From an uncultured delta proteobacterium (GTDB taxonomy: Bacteria > Myxococcota_A > UBA9160 > UBA4427): DNA of 64,000 nucleotides. The stretch lies in assembly GCA_963822965.1 (NCBI GenBank), contig CAWGJT010000012.1, forward strand, positions 256,001 to 320,000, given 5' to 3'. Both the position numbers and the translations under genes were made by a program. Positions 49,411 to 57,647 of this stretch are shown one piece after another (position 1 is the stretch's first letter; every line of letters begins with the position of its first letter). Under the pieces are notes generated by a model. It worked only from the letters and a program-made list of their open reading frames with translations. It made no database searches and was not told the origin of the DNA.

Positions 49411-50751
49411 TCAGCCGTCCCTGCGCGGGAGCGCGCGCGCCTGCCGGTCGGTCCGCGCGTCGACCCACGAGAGCGTGCCGTTGATGACGCGGGCCGCCAG
49501 CCAGCGGAGCGGCTCGGGCGGCCAGGCCCGCAGACGCCGCTCCAGGGCCGCGTCGTGGGCGTTGGGACTTCCCAGGATGCGACCCGCGAGCATCGCGCCC
49601 ACGAACGTGGCCTGGGCGACGCCGTGGCCGTTGAAGCCCACGCCGAAGTGAACGTTGCGGTGCGCACCTTCGACCCCGACCTGCGGCAGCAGATCGAGGG
49701 TGAAGCCGATCCACCCGCCCCAGAAGCTCGCGATCGGCACCTCCCGCAGACCGGGGAAGCGTTCGCGGAAGGCGTGTTCCAGGATCGCGAAGGCGGCCGG
49801 GTCGTGGCCCGGGGGCAACGCACTTCCATATCCGTAGCGAACCACCTTCGACCCTCCGGTGAGGGTGCCGTGGGCGGTGACGCGGTAGCTCTCGAGGACC
49901 TCGTGGGACGTGTAGATGCCCTCGCGACCGGGCCAGCCGAGCGCTGCGAGCACCGGCTCCGGCAGCGCCTCTGTCTCGAAGAGCGAGACCCGCAAGGGAA
50001 CCACGTGACGGGGGCGGCGGCCGAGCCCTTCCGTATAGGCGTTCGTGGCGAAGACCGCCTGCCGCGCCGTCACCTGTCCCCCCTCGCAACGCGCCCGGAC
50101 CGTGGCGCCGTCCTCGAGGGCGAGGACGTTCGTGTCCTCGAAGAGCCTGACACCGGCCTGCAATGCGGCGCGGCGCAGCCCCGCGACGTACCGGCCCGGG
50201 TTCAGGGTGCCGCCTCGCTCCTCGAGAACGCCACACACGAAGGAGTCGGGAATTCCGCGGTCGCGCATCTTCTTCGCATCGAGGAATCGGACCCGGGCCC
50301 CGAGGCCCTGGGCGGTCTCGGCGGCGGTCTGCAGGCGCGATTCGTGCTTGGGGTGGACCGCCGCCACCACGTTTCCCGAGGCGCGGTAGTCGCATTCGAT
50401 GCCGTAGCGGCGGATCACCTCCTCGGTGTGGTCGACCGCGGCGTCCGCGAAGCGGACGAGCGCCGACGCGCGCTCGCGACCGAAGAGGCGCAGGGTGGTG
50501 GGCAGGTCCTTGCCGATCGTCGGGGTGAGGTGCCCCGCGTTCCGGCCGCTCGCTCCGGCCCCGGCGAAGTCCCGCTCGAGAACCACGACGTCGACGCCCT
50601 GCGCTCGCAGAGCGAGCGCCGCGGAGAGCCCCGTGTAGCCGCCGCCCACGATCACCACGTCCGCGGTCTGGTCGCCGTCGAGCGCCGGGCAGCGATCGCG
50701 CGGCGCTTCGAGCCAGGGACTCGTCTCGACGAAGCGTGCCTCGGCGGTCAT
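49411..50751 (-). CDS. FAD-dependent oxidoreductase (PuuB/OrdL, DAO family)
   Basis: DVVIVGGGYTGLSAAL, GASGRNAG, ATNAY, GFNGHGV, WPPEPLRW. Confidence 0.9.
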   Translation of the reverse strand: MTAEARFVETSPWLEAPRDRCPALDGDQTADVVIVGGGYTGLSAALALRAQGVDVVVLERDFAGAGASGRNAGHLTPTIGKDLPTTLRLFGRERASALVRFADAAVDHTEEVIRRYGIECDYRASGNVVAAVHPKHESRLQTAAETAQGLGARVRFLDAKKMRDRGIPDSFVCGVLEERGGTLNPGRYVAGLRRAALQAGVRLFEDTNVLALEDGATVRARCEGGQVTARQAVFATNAYTEGLGRRPRHVVPLRVSLFETEALPEPVLAALGWPGREGIYTSHEVLESYRVTAHGTLTGGSKVVRYGYGSALPPGHDPAAFAILEHAFRERFPGLREVPIASFWGGWIGFTLDLLPQVGVEGAHRNVHFGVGFNGHGVAQATFVGAMLAGRILGSPNAHDAALERRLRAWPPEPLRWLAARVINGTLSWVDARTDRQARALPRRDG

Positions 50752-50823
50752 GGGCTCCTCCCTCCGAGTCTTCCAGGATAGCCCGGGCCATGCCCAGGAA
50801 GCCGGTCGCGCCGCGCATCCCGC

Positions 50824-52239
50824 TCAGTGGATGTGTGCGTCGAGCTCGCCCAGGGCGACCCCGGCCAGCTTCCGCAGGCCGGGGTCCGGGTGCCGGGCTG
50901 CGATGTCGACCAGCGCCTTGCGCGAGGCCGGACCTCCTCGGGAGAGCGCGTCGAGGGCCGCCCGCGCGGCGTCTTCCGAGCCCGGGCAGGCGGGGTGCTG
51001 CCCCGCTTCGTCTCCGCCTGGCGCGGACCCGCTCGGCTCCGTCCCGCCCGGCTCCGTCCCGCCCGGCTCCGTCCCGCCAAAGACGACCTTCACCAGGCCC
51101 GGAACGGCCGCGTCGCCCATGGTCGCGGCAGTGGCGGCGGCGGCGCTGCGAACCCCGGCATCCGGATCGCACAGGGTGGCCAGAACCCGGAGCAGCGCGG
51201 CTCCGGCCTCCACCCGGGCGAGACCCCGGACGGCCCCTGCCCGGACCTCCGGCGAGGGATCGCTCTCGAGCAGCTTCGTCAGGGTCTCCGCCGCGCGCTG
51301 GCCGGAGAGGGTGCGGGCGACCACGAGGCGATACGCGGGCTCGTCGCTGGCCAGCAGCCCCGACACGTCGGACACCGACAGCCCGCCGGCGGCGATCGCC
51401 AGGGCCTCGAAGAGCCGGGCCGGCGGCGTGCGGGGCGCGCGGGTCGCCGCCCGCAACGCCTTTGCCATGGAGGCTGTGGCGGACGCGCGGACGACGTCCA
51501 GCAAAGCCGCCTCCAGGCCTCCTCCGGCGTCCTCCCGCTGCAGGGCCTGCACGATGAGCGCGTCGTCCTCGCCGGCGAGACGGCCGCCCGCGTCCTGCAT
51601 CTCGGCCAGCCGGCGAGCAGCATCCTCCGCCAGCGGGAGCTGCGCACGCGCGGTCAGGGCCGCCAGGTAGCCGGCCCCCGTGGCCGTCTCCCGGTCCTCC
51701 GGCGCGAGGGACAGATAGTGGTGCAACACGTCGAGGGTGCCGGGTGCCGGATCGCGCAGGAAGGCGTCCCCCTGCATGGCGATGCCCGCCGTCTGCCGGC
51801 GCACGCTCGAGTCGGGAATCCGCCGGCGCCAGATGGAAGCGGTGCCGAGGCGCTCGAGGCACACCAGCACCCGCTCCGAGTCGGCGAAGCGCGCCGGGCG
51901 ACCCGTGGCCAGCTCTTCCCACGCGATCCGGACCGCCGTTCCGGGCTCGGTGGCGCCCTCCTCCTCTCCGAGGGCACGCTCCACGTGGATCCACGCCGAA
52001 TAGCCGTGGGCGTCGAGGCGTTCGATCGCGCCGACGCGGCCGACCAGCACCGGTCCGCCCGCCGTCATGGCCTCGAGCAACCGCACGCCGCCCCGTGCCG
52101 GGGCAGGTCCCGGCGGCGACGCCTGGGCGCCGGTCGTCGGGGACGCCGGCAGCGCCGCGGCGGGGAGCGGCCCCAGCAGGACGCCCAGCGCCAACACGCG
52201 AAGCGCGCCGACGGCGGAGCCCGCGAACCCCGGGCTCAC
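50824..52239 (-). CDS. exported HEAT-repeat protein
   Basis: Signal-like N-terminus; LLESDPSPEVRAGAVRGL, LCDPDAGVRSAAA, HPDPGLRKLA; GTG start overlaps the upstream stop. Confidence 0.7.
   Translation of the reverse strand: MSPGFAGSAVGALRVLALGVLLGPLPAAALPASPTTGAQASPPGPAPARGGVRLLEAMTAGGPVLVGRVGAIERLDAHGYSAWIHVERALGEEEGATEPGTAVRIAWEELATGRPARFADSERVLVCLERLGTASIWRRRIPDSSVRRQTAGIAMQGDAFLRDPAPGTLDVLHHYLSLAPEDRETATGAGYLAALTARAQLPLAEDAARRLAEMQDAGGRLAGEDDALIVQALQREDAGGGLEAALLDVVRASATASMAKALRAATRAPRTPPARLFEALAIAAGGLSVSDVSGLLASDEPAYRLVVARTLSGQRAAETLTKLLESDPSPEVRAGAVRGLARVEAGAALLRVLATLCDPDAGVRSAAAATAATMGDAAVPGLVKVVFGGTEPGGTEPGGTEPSGSAPGGDEAGQHPACPGSEDAARAALDALSRGGPASRKALVDIAARHPDPGLRKLAGVALGELDAHIH
51034..51078. 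repeat. 15-bp coding repeat x3 (GGTEP)
   Basis: cggctccgtcccgcc x3 inside the HEAT-repeat gene. Confidence 0.85.
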
Positions 52240-55200
52240 GGAGCCAGCTGGAAGCCGGGGGTTCCGTCCACGTCGGCGTAGAGCGCGTTCGTGGCGCCGA
52301 GGGCCATCACGCCGTTCTCGCCCAGGTTGCCGTCGGTCAGGTCGTCGAGGCTCTGGTTGCTGGTGCGGTCGATGTTCTCGGCGAACACCGGGAACATCGG
52401 CTGGGAGACGCCGTCGCTTCCCTTCACGACCACCACGAACCAGGTGTCCTGGGCGAGCCCGGTGAAGGAGATCACCAGCCCGCGCGTCTCGAGCCGTTCC
52501 GCTCCCGGAACGCCGGGATCGACCACCACCACGTCCACCGGGAAGTCCCCGCCCGCGGAGAGGACGAGATCCGGGACGGCCCGGTACTCGTACGGGTTGG
52601 CCGGGTCGCGCGGCTCGGTCGCTGCGTTCGCGTAGATCTCGATGGTGTCGTAGGGGGCCCAGGCCGGGGCCTGGACGTCGATCTCGAGATCGACGTCACC
52701 GTTCGCGCTCGCCACCAGGGTCTGGCCGTCGAGGCCCAGATCGGCGACGCCCCCGCTGCCGTCCCGGGCGAGCAGCCGCGTCTGCACGTAGACGCCCTGT
52801 CCGCCGACCGCACGCCCCGCGGCCACCGCCCCCGCGACCTCGGCGGGATCGATCTCCTGGGGGGCGTCCGACGACGACGGAGTCCAGGTGCGCGCTCCGG
52901 CGGTGTTCAGGTTGAAGAACGCGTGGGTGTCCGTATCGGCGATGAAGGTGATGGGAATGCCGTGGTTCAGGTGGTTGAACCAGATGCCGATGCGCTCGTC
53001 CAGGAAGTTGCTCTGGGCGCCGCGACTCTCGCCATTCCACAGCTCCAGCGCATCGAACACGTGGAACAGGTTGCCGGTGGGCGGCAAGCGCAGGGCCGCA
53101 CGCTCCTCCACCGTGAGCGCGTCCTGGATCGGCGTCGCCGCGGTGTCGATCTTGAGCGGCGTGAAGTGGCTGCCGATGTGGTTCACCTGGACGACGGTGT
53201 CCGGCAGGGACTGCGACCCCGAGACGGCCAGCGCGTAGATCTCCGCCGGCGTGGCGTTGAAGTTGCCGTACTGCGGGAAGTCCATGCCCGCCGGTGCGGC
53301 CTGCGCCCAGTCCGTCGACCCTCCCGAAGGCTTGGCCGGGTCGATCGAGAACGGGTAGCCGTTGAAGTGGCCGTAGTCGAAGGTCGTGATCTCCTCGCCC
53401 ACCGTGGCCGTCACGAACGAGGAGAAACCGAGCTCGGCGATGCGCGGCTTCAGATCCGTGTGCACGTGGTGATCGGTCATGATCACGTTGTCCACGCCCT
53501 CGCCGGCGAACTGCATCACCCGATCGGTGTCGCTCACGCGCGAGTCCGCCGAACGGATGCCGTGCACGTGGAAGTCCGACGAGATGAAGCCGGCCGTGTC
53601 GACGACCCGGGCGAGCTGCGCGTTCACCACGGTCTTCACACCCGCCGCGACGGTGCGGCGTTCGTGGAAGAGGGAGTACTCCGGCCCTCGCGACACGTAG
53701 ATCTCGTAGCTGCCCGGCTCGAGCGGAAAGGCGACCTTGCCCCCGGCGTCCGCGTAGCGGGCGGACACGATGCCGAAGGGGTGCGAGTCCGAGGGATCCC
53801 GGAACAGGCCGACGTCGCCGATGTTGAGGCCGAAGAGCGAGCCACCCGGGATGATCGGCTCCGGGCTCGGATCGAAGCCCACCACCGAGACCCGCGCGGG
53901 CATGGCACGGCCGTACTCGTCGACCACGTGCACCCGCAGGTCGCCGCTCTCCGGAAGGTCGACGGTGGGCAGCATCGCCACCTCGCCGTCGGCCACGGTG
54001 AACGGGTGCAGCACGGGATCCGGACTGCCGCCCTCGTACAGGGCGCCGATGAGGGCGGCCGCCATCCCGTACTGCGCACCGGTGGGTGTGGGCGGAACGC
54101 TGCCCGCATAGCAGCCGTCGGCGCCGGTGGTGAAGAGCGTGTGGACGGCGCCGATCTCCCCGTTCTCCAGGGTGCCGATGACCACCCGCGCGGCGACGGC
54201 GGGCGAGGAGCCGCCGTGGGTCACGCAGCCCTGGACGGTGCCGACGGGATCGCTCTTCACCTCGTTCGCCATGTCGATGGCGTTGGACGCCGAGCCGTCG
54301 CCCACGCCGAGATAGCGCGTGTAGGTGCGACTGGTTCCGGGGGAGACGAGGAACGGCGAAGTGGTGCCGGTGATGGCCTGGAGGACGCCGATGGGCTGCA
54401 GGGAGAGCGTCACGCCCGAGGTATTGAGGAAGCTCCCCTTCAGGTTGGTGGTGTTGCCGCTGATCGGGATCGTCGTGAACGAGTAGTCGACGCCCGCGGC
54501 CTCGCCATAGCCCACCCAGCCGATGGAGCCGAGGTCGGCGGTCAGCCCGGAGCCGGGGCCGAGGCCCGGCGTGAACAGATTCTCGAGCTCGCCGCCCGCG
54601 TTGATCCAGTCTCCCACCAGCAGCGGGAACGAGATCGTCCCGAGGTTCGAGACGGTGGTGTCCATCCGGACACGCGTCGCGAAGGGCTCCAGGCTGTAGA
54701 GGGTGCAGGCTTCGATCGGAAGGTCGCGATCGTCGGCGTGTCCGGGGATCGAGACGCCCGGGATGCCCTGGATCTGGCTCGAGGGGTTGATGAAGTCGAG
54801 CAGGTCGTCCGGACCGCAGCTGCGGATGCTCGCCGGCTCGCCGTTGGCGCCGTCGTTGACGACCTCGACGGTCTGGGGATCGACGACGGTCTCGACGTCC
54901 AGGGTGGGCGCGATCTCGATGAAGTTGTCGAGGCCCGGATGCGCCAGCAGCTCGAGGTCGATCAGGTTGCCGCCGAAGCCGCCCACGCTGTAGAGGTCGC
55001 GCTGGGGCGCATCCTGGATGATGAAGCGGGCCGTGCAGTTGCGGAGCATCCAGTCGCCGACCCGGCCGTGGGCGAGCGGCCCCCGGATGAGATCCGCCTC
55101 GTCGTCGATGCGGTAGGCCTGCAGCACCGGCTGGTGGGTGAACGAGAAGCTCGCCGCGATCGGCGCGCCGTCCCGGTAGCGGGCCGCCCGCACCTCCAGC

Positions 55201-55496
55201 AGGTTGTCGGCGGCGAGCCGGCCGATCACCGAGGCCCGGAAGAGCAGGCCGGGACCCACCGGCTCGACCTCCAGGGACTCGTCGTTGAGCGTGGCCTCCA
55301 CGCTCATGCCCCGGATGGGCCCGTCGATCCGGAAGGTCACCGCCTCGAGGCAGAAGTCCACGTTCGCCACCGAGGGCTCGACGAGCTCGATCGAAGTCAC
55401 CGGCGGAGGAGTCGGCGGCGTCGGGCATTGATAGGCCAGCTGGGTCGAAGCCAGGATCAGGATCGAGAGCGGGACGAGGCGACGGGAGATGGGCAC
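52236..55496 (-). CDS. large exported CehA/McbA-type PHP metallohydrolase with carboxypeptidase-regulatory-like domains
   Basis: SDFHVHG..SADS, MTDHH, GEEITT..GHFN, QVNH, ELWNG, DTDTH; YVSRGPEYS; GAGGAG RBS; possible lipoprotein Cys (AYQC). Confidence 0.82.
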   Translation of the reverse strand: MPISRRLVPLSILILASTQLAYQCPTPPTPPPVTSIELVEPSVANVDFCLEAVTFRIDGPIRGMSVEATLNDESLEVEPVGPGLLFRASVIGRLAADNLLEVRAARYRDGAPIAASFSFTHQPVLQAYRIDDEADLIRGPLAHGRVGDWMLRNCTARFIIQDAPQRDLYSVGGFGGNLIDLELLAHPGLDNFIEIAPTLDVETVVDPQTVEVVNDGANGEPASIRSCGPDDLLDFINPSSQIQGIPGVSIPGHADDRDLPIEACTLYSLEPFATRVRMDTTVSNLGTISFPLLVGDWINAGGELENLFTPGLGPGSGLTADLGSIGWVGYGEAAGVDYSFTTIPISGNTTNLKGSFLNTSGVTLSLQPIGVLQAITGTTSPFLVSPGTSRTYTRYLGVGDGSASNAIDMANEVKSDPVGTVQGCVTHGGSSPAVAARVVIGTLENGEIGAVHTLFTTGADGCYAGSVPPTPTGAQYGMAAALIGALYEGGSPDPVLHPFTVADGEVAMLPTVDLPESGDLRVHVVDEYGRAMPARVSVVGFDPSPEPIIPGGSLFGLNIGDVGLFRDPSDSHPFGIVSARYADAGGKVAFPLEPGSYEIYVSRGPEYSLFHERRTVAAGVKTVVNAQLARVVDTAGFISSDFHVHGIRSADSRVSDTDRVMQFAGEGVDNVIMTDHHVHTDLKPRIAELGFSSFVTATVGEEITTFDYGHFNGYPFSIDPAKPSGGSTDWAQAAPAGMDFPQYGNFNATPAEIYALAVSGSQSLPDTVVQVNHIGSHFTPLKIDTAATPIQDALTVEERAALRLPPTGNLFHVFDALELWNGESRGAQSNFLDERIGIWFNHLNHGIPITFIADTDTHAFFNLNTAGARTWTPSSSDAPQEIDPAEVAGAVAAGRAVGGQGVYVQTRLLARDGSGGVADLGLDGQTLVASANGDVDLEIDVQAPAWAPYDTIEIYANAATEPRDPANPYEYRAVPDLVLSAGGDFPVDVVVVDPGVPGAERLETRGLVISFTGLAQDTWFVVVVKGSDGVSQPMFPVFAENIDRTSNQSLDDLTDGNLGENGVMALGATNALYADVDGTPGFQLAP

Positions 55497-55660
55497 GGTG
55501 GAGCTCCTCGCGCTGCGACAGCAGGTGCGTGTTCCGGGACCCATTCTATGACGGATGCACGAAGAAGGGGAGACGATCCCGGGCCGGCGGGCGCCGTTCC
55601 GGAGCCCGGGGCTGACGCCGGGTCACGACCGTCGCGGCGCCGGAAGCCGCCGTCCCCCGC

Positions 55661-56323
55661 TCAGGGGAATGAACGGGACCCGGCCGGCGACACGTGCTGC
55701 TCGACCACGTGCTCCTCGAGGAGCGGCGTCTCGTCCAGCCGGTATCGGACCTCGAAGGGCAGGCGCCGGCCGTCCACCCACCGGAAGTCCGAGAACACCG
55801 CGTGTACCCGACCGCTGCCGACCGCCGGGATGGACAGCGGCCCCTCCGCCTCGACCAGGCGAAGTTGCCGGTCGAAGACGAGCCGGTAGCGCATCGCGGG
55901 GGCGTCGGTGGTGGTCCCTTCGAGGGCGGCGAACCGGCCTTCGGGAACGTCTTCGGGCGGCAGCTCGCGGGTGCGGAAGATCGCGGGGTCGCGCAGCGCG
56001 TCCAGGTGCACCGCCGCCACCCAGCGCACCGCGGACAGCTCCTGGGAGTCGGCCAGCGGCTCGCTCGAGACGACCGTGCTGCCGAGCAGCGTCGACGCCG
56101 TCCGGCCGTCGGTCACCCAGTCCTGATCCTCTCCGGCGGTGACGAGGGTGAAGCGCATCCGCTCGGGCGGCTCGAACACGAGCCGCCACTGCCAGCGGCC
56201 CGGCAGACCAACGTGGACGAGCCCCTCGGAGCTGCGCTCGATGCGCTCGATGGGGCCGCCGCGCGCGTCGATCGCCCGCGCGAGCAGGGACCGCCCGACG
56301 GGCAGCGCGCAACCCGTCACCAC
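55661..56323 (-). CDS. hypothetical protein, possibly a lipoprotein of outer-membrane lipoprotein-sorting-like fold; start uncertain
   Basis: LLLVVTGC...LLARAIDARGG...FEPPERMRF...WVTDG...FSDFRWVDGRRLPF; GC3-biased codons. Confidence 0.55.
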   Translation of the reverse strand: MVTGCALPVGRSLLARAIDARGGPIERIERSSEGLVHVGLPGRWQWRLVFEPPERMRFTLVTAGEDQDWVTDGRTASTLLGSTVVSSEPLADSQELSAVRWVAAVHLDALRDPAIFRTRELPPEDVPEGRFAALEGTTTDAPAMRYRLVFDRQLRLVEAEGPLSIPAVGSGRVHAVFSDFRWVDGRRLPFEVRYRLDETPLLEEHVVEQHVSPAGSRSFP

Positions 56324-56356
56324 CAGCAGGAGTCCCGGAGCCGCTACCCTGAACGC

Positions 56357-57328
56357 GTGTCGTGCCCGCGAGAGCGACTCCTGGCGTGCGGTCTGCTGGC
56401 CGGGATCGTCGTCGCCTGCACGACGCCCGGGGCGGATCCCTCGGGCGCCTCCGCGTCCGCCGAGACGCTTCCGGCCTACGAAGCGCGCGAGTACGAGCTC
56501 GAGCAGGGCGTGGTCCATGTCACGCTCAAGATCCCCCAGCAGCCCCTCGGCCGAAAGGCCGCCGTGATCCAGCCCATCGCGGACGAGGGCGCCCTGCTCG
56601 CGCGCGGGATCGTCGTGGTGCGCTTCCATCATGATTGGCAAGAGGCGCTGGCCCTCCTGGGCGAGCAGGCGAAGCCCGCACCGGACCCCGCCGCGAACGT
56701 GGTGGGGCGCTGGCTGCTGGCGGCGCCGCGCCCCGGTCTCGTCGGCAGCAACTTCTTCGCCGCGATCCGCGCCAGCGCCGCGGGCACGGTTCCGCGGGTC
56801 GTCGACCTGCTCGAGAGCGTGCCCGAGATCGATCCGGAACGGATCGCGATCGCGGGGAGCTCGACGGACGGCTTCGTCGCCCTGGAGGCCCTGATCGCCG
56901 AGCCGCGTCTCGCGGCGGGTGTGCTGCGGGTCGCCTGCGGCGACTATCACGCGTTCCTGCGCTCCTCGACCCTCGCCCTGGCCGACGACCCCCGCTGGCT
57001 GCCCGGGGGCAAGCTGGAGCTCGACCCCGACTACGAAGCGAAGCTCGACGCCCAGGAGCCCATCCGGTACGCCGACGCCCTGCCGCCCCGCCCCCTGCTG
57101 ATGCTGAACGGCACCGCGGATCGGGCCGTCCCGTTCGCCTGCGCGGAGCGGACCGCGCGCGTCCTGCACGACGCCTACGCCCGTGCCGGCGTGCCCGAGC
57201 GGTTCCGCTTCGTGGCCTATGCGGGTCGCGGGCACGACGTGGGCGCGGCGACCGACGCGGAGACGCTCCGGTGGTGGCAGCGTTGGCTGGAAGCTCCTGC
57301 TGCGGCGGCGACGCGCGCAGCCCCCTGA
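56357..57328 (+). CDS. alpha/beta hydrolase lipoprotein (dienelactone hydrolase/peptidase S9-like)
   Basis: Lipobox VVAC; IDPERIAIAGSSTDG, PRPLLMLNGTADRAV, GRGHDV (Ser-Asp-His triad). Confidence 0.82.
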   Translation: MSCPRERLLACGLLAGIVVACTTPGADPSGASASAETLPAYEAREYELEQGVVHVTLKIPQQPLGRKAAVIQPIADEGALLARGIVVVRFHHDWQEALALLGEQAKPAPDPAANVVGRWLLAAPRPGLVGSNFFAAIRASAAGTVPRVVDLLESVPEIDPERIAIAGSSTDGFVALEALIAEPRLAAGVLRVACGDYHAFLRSSTLALADDPRWLPGGKLELDPDYEAKLDAQEPIRYADALPPRPLLMLNGTADRAVPFACAERTARVLHDAYARAGVPERFRFVAYAGRGHDVGAATDAETLRWWQRWLEAPAAAATRAAP

Positions 57329-57647
57329 ATCCGGGTCACGACGGCGACAGCTTCCTTCCATTCCGTCCGGTCTGCTCCTGCCGCGATCGGTCGAATCGAG
57401 CCACCGAACCGGAACGATCCGGTGCGAGCCATCGTCCCACCAGGGGCCGCACCGTCGAGACCCGGGAAGGCGACGACCCCGCCCCGTCCCCTGCGCCGCA
57501 ACGCGACCCGTGCGATGGTCCCGGTTCTCCGGAGGGGGAGATGTCCGTGGTGCGACGGAAAGCCGCAGAGCGACGCCTCGGCGCACGTGCACGGGGCGAC
57601 GCGTTCGCGGACGCCGCGCCGTGCCGGCGGTCGCGGTGCGGGCAGCT

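Noticed and set aside
51744..55889. 1381-aa plus-strand ORF
   Set aside because: Antisense shadow of the PHP hydrolase gene.
57540..57645. c-di-GMP-I (GEMM) riboswitch suggested by GACGGAAAGCC
   Set aside because: The upstream GGCAAAC element and GNRA-capped stem are not evident, and the region reads better as coding. An Infernal scan would settle it.
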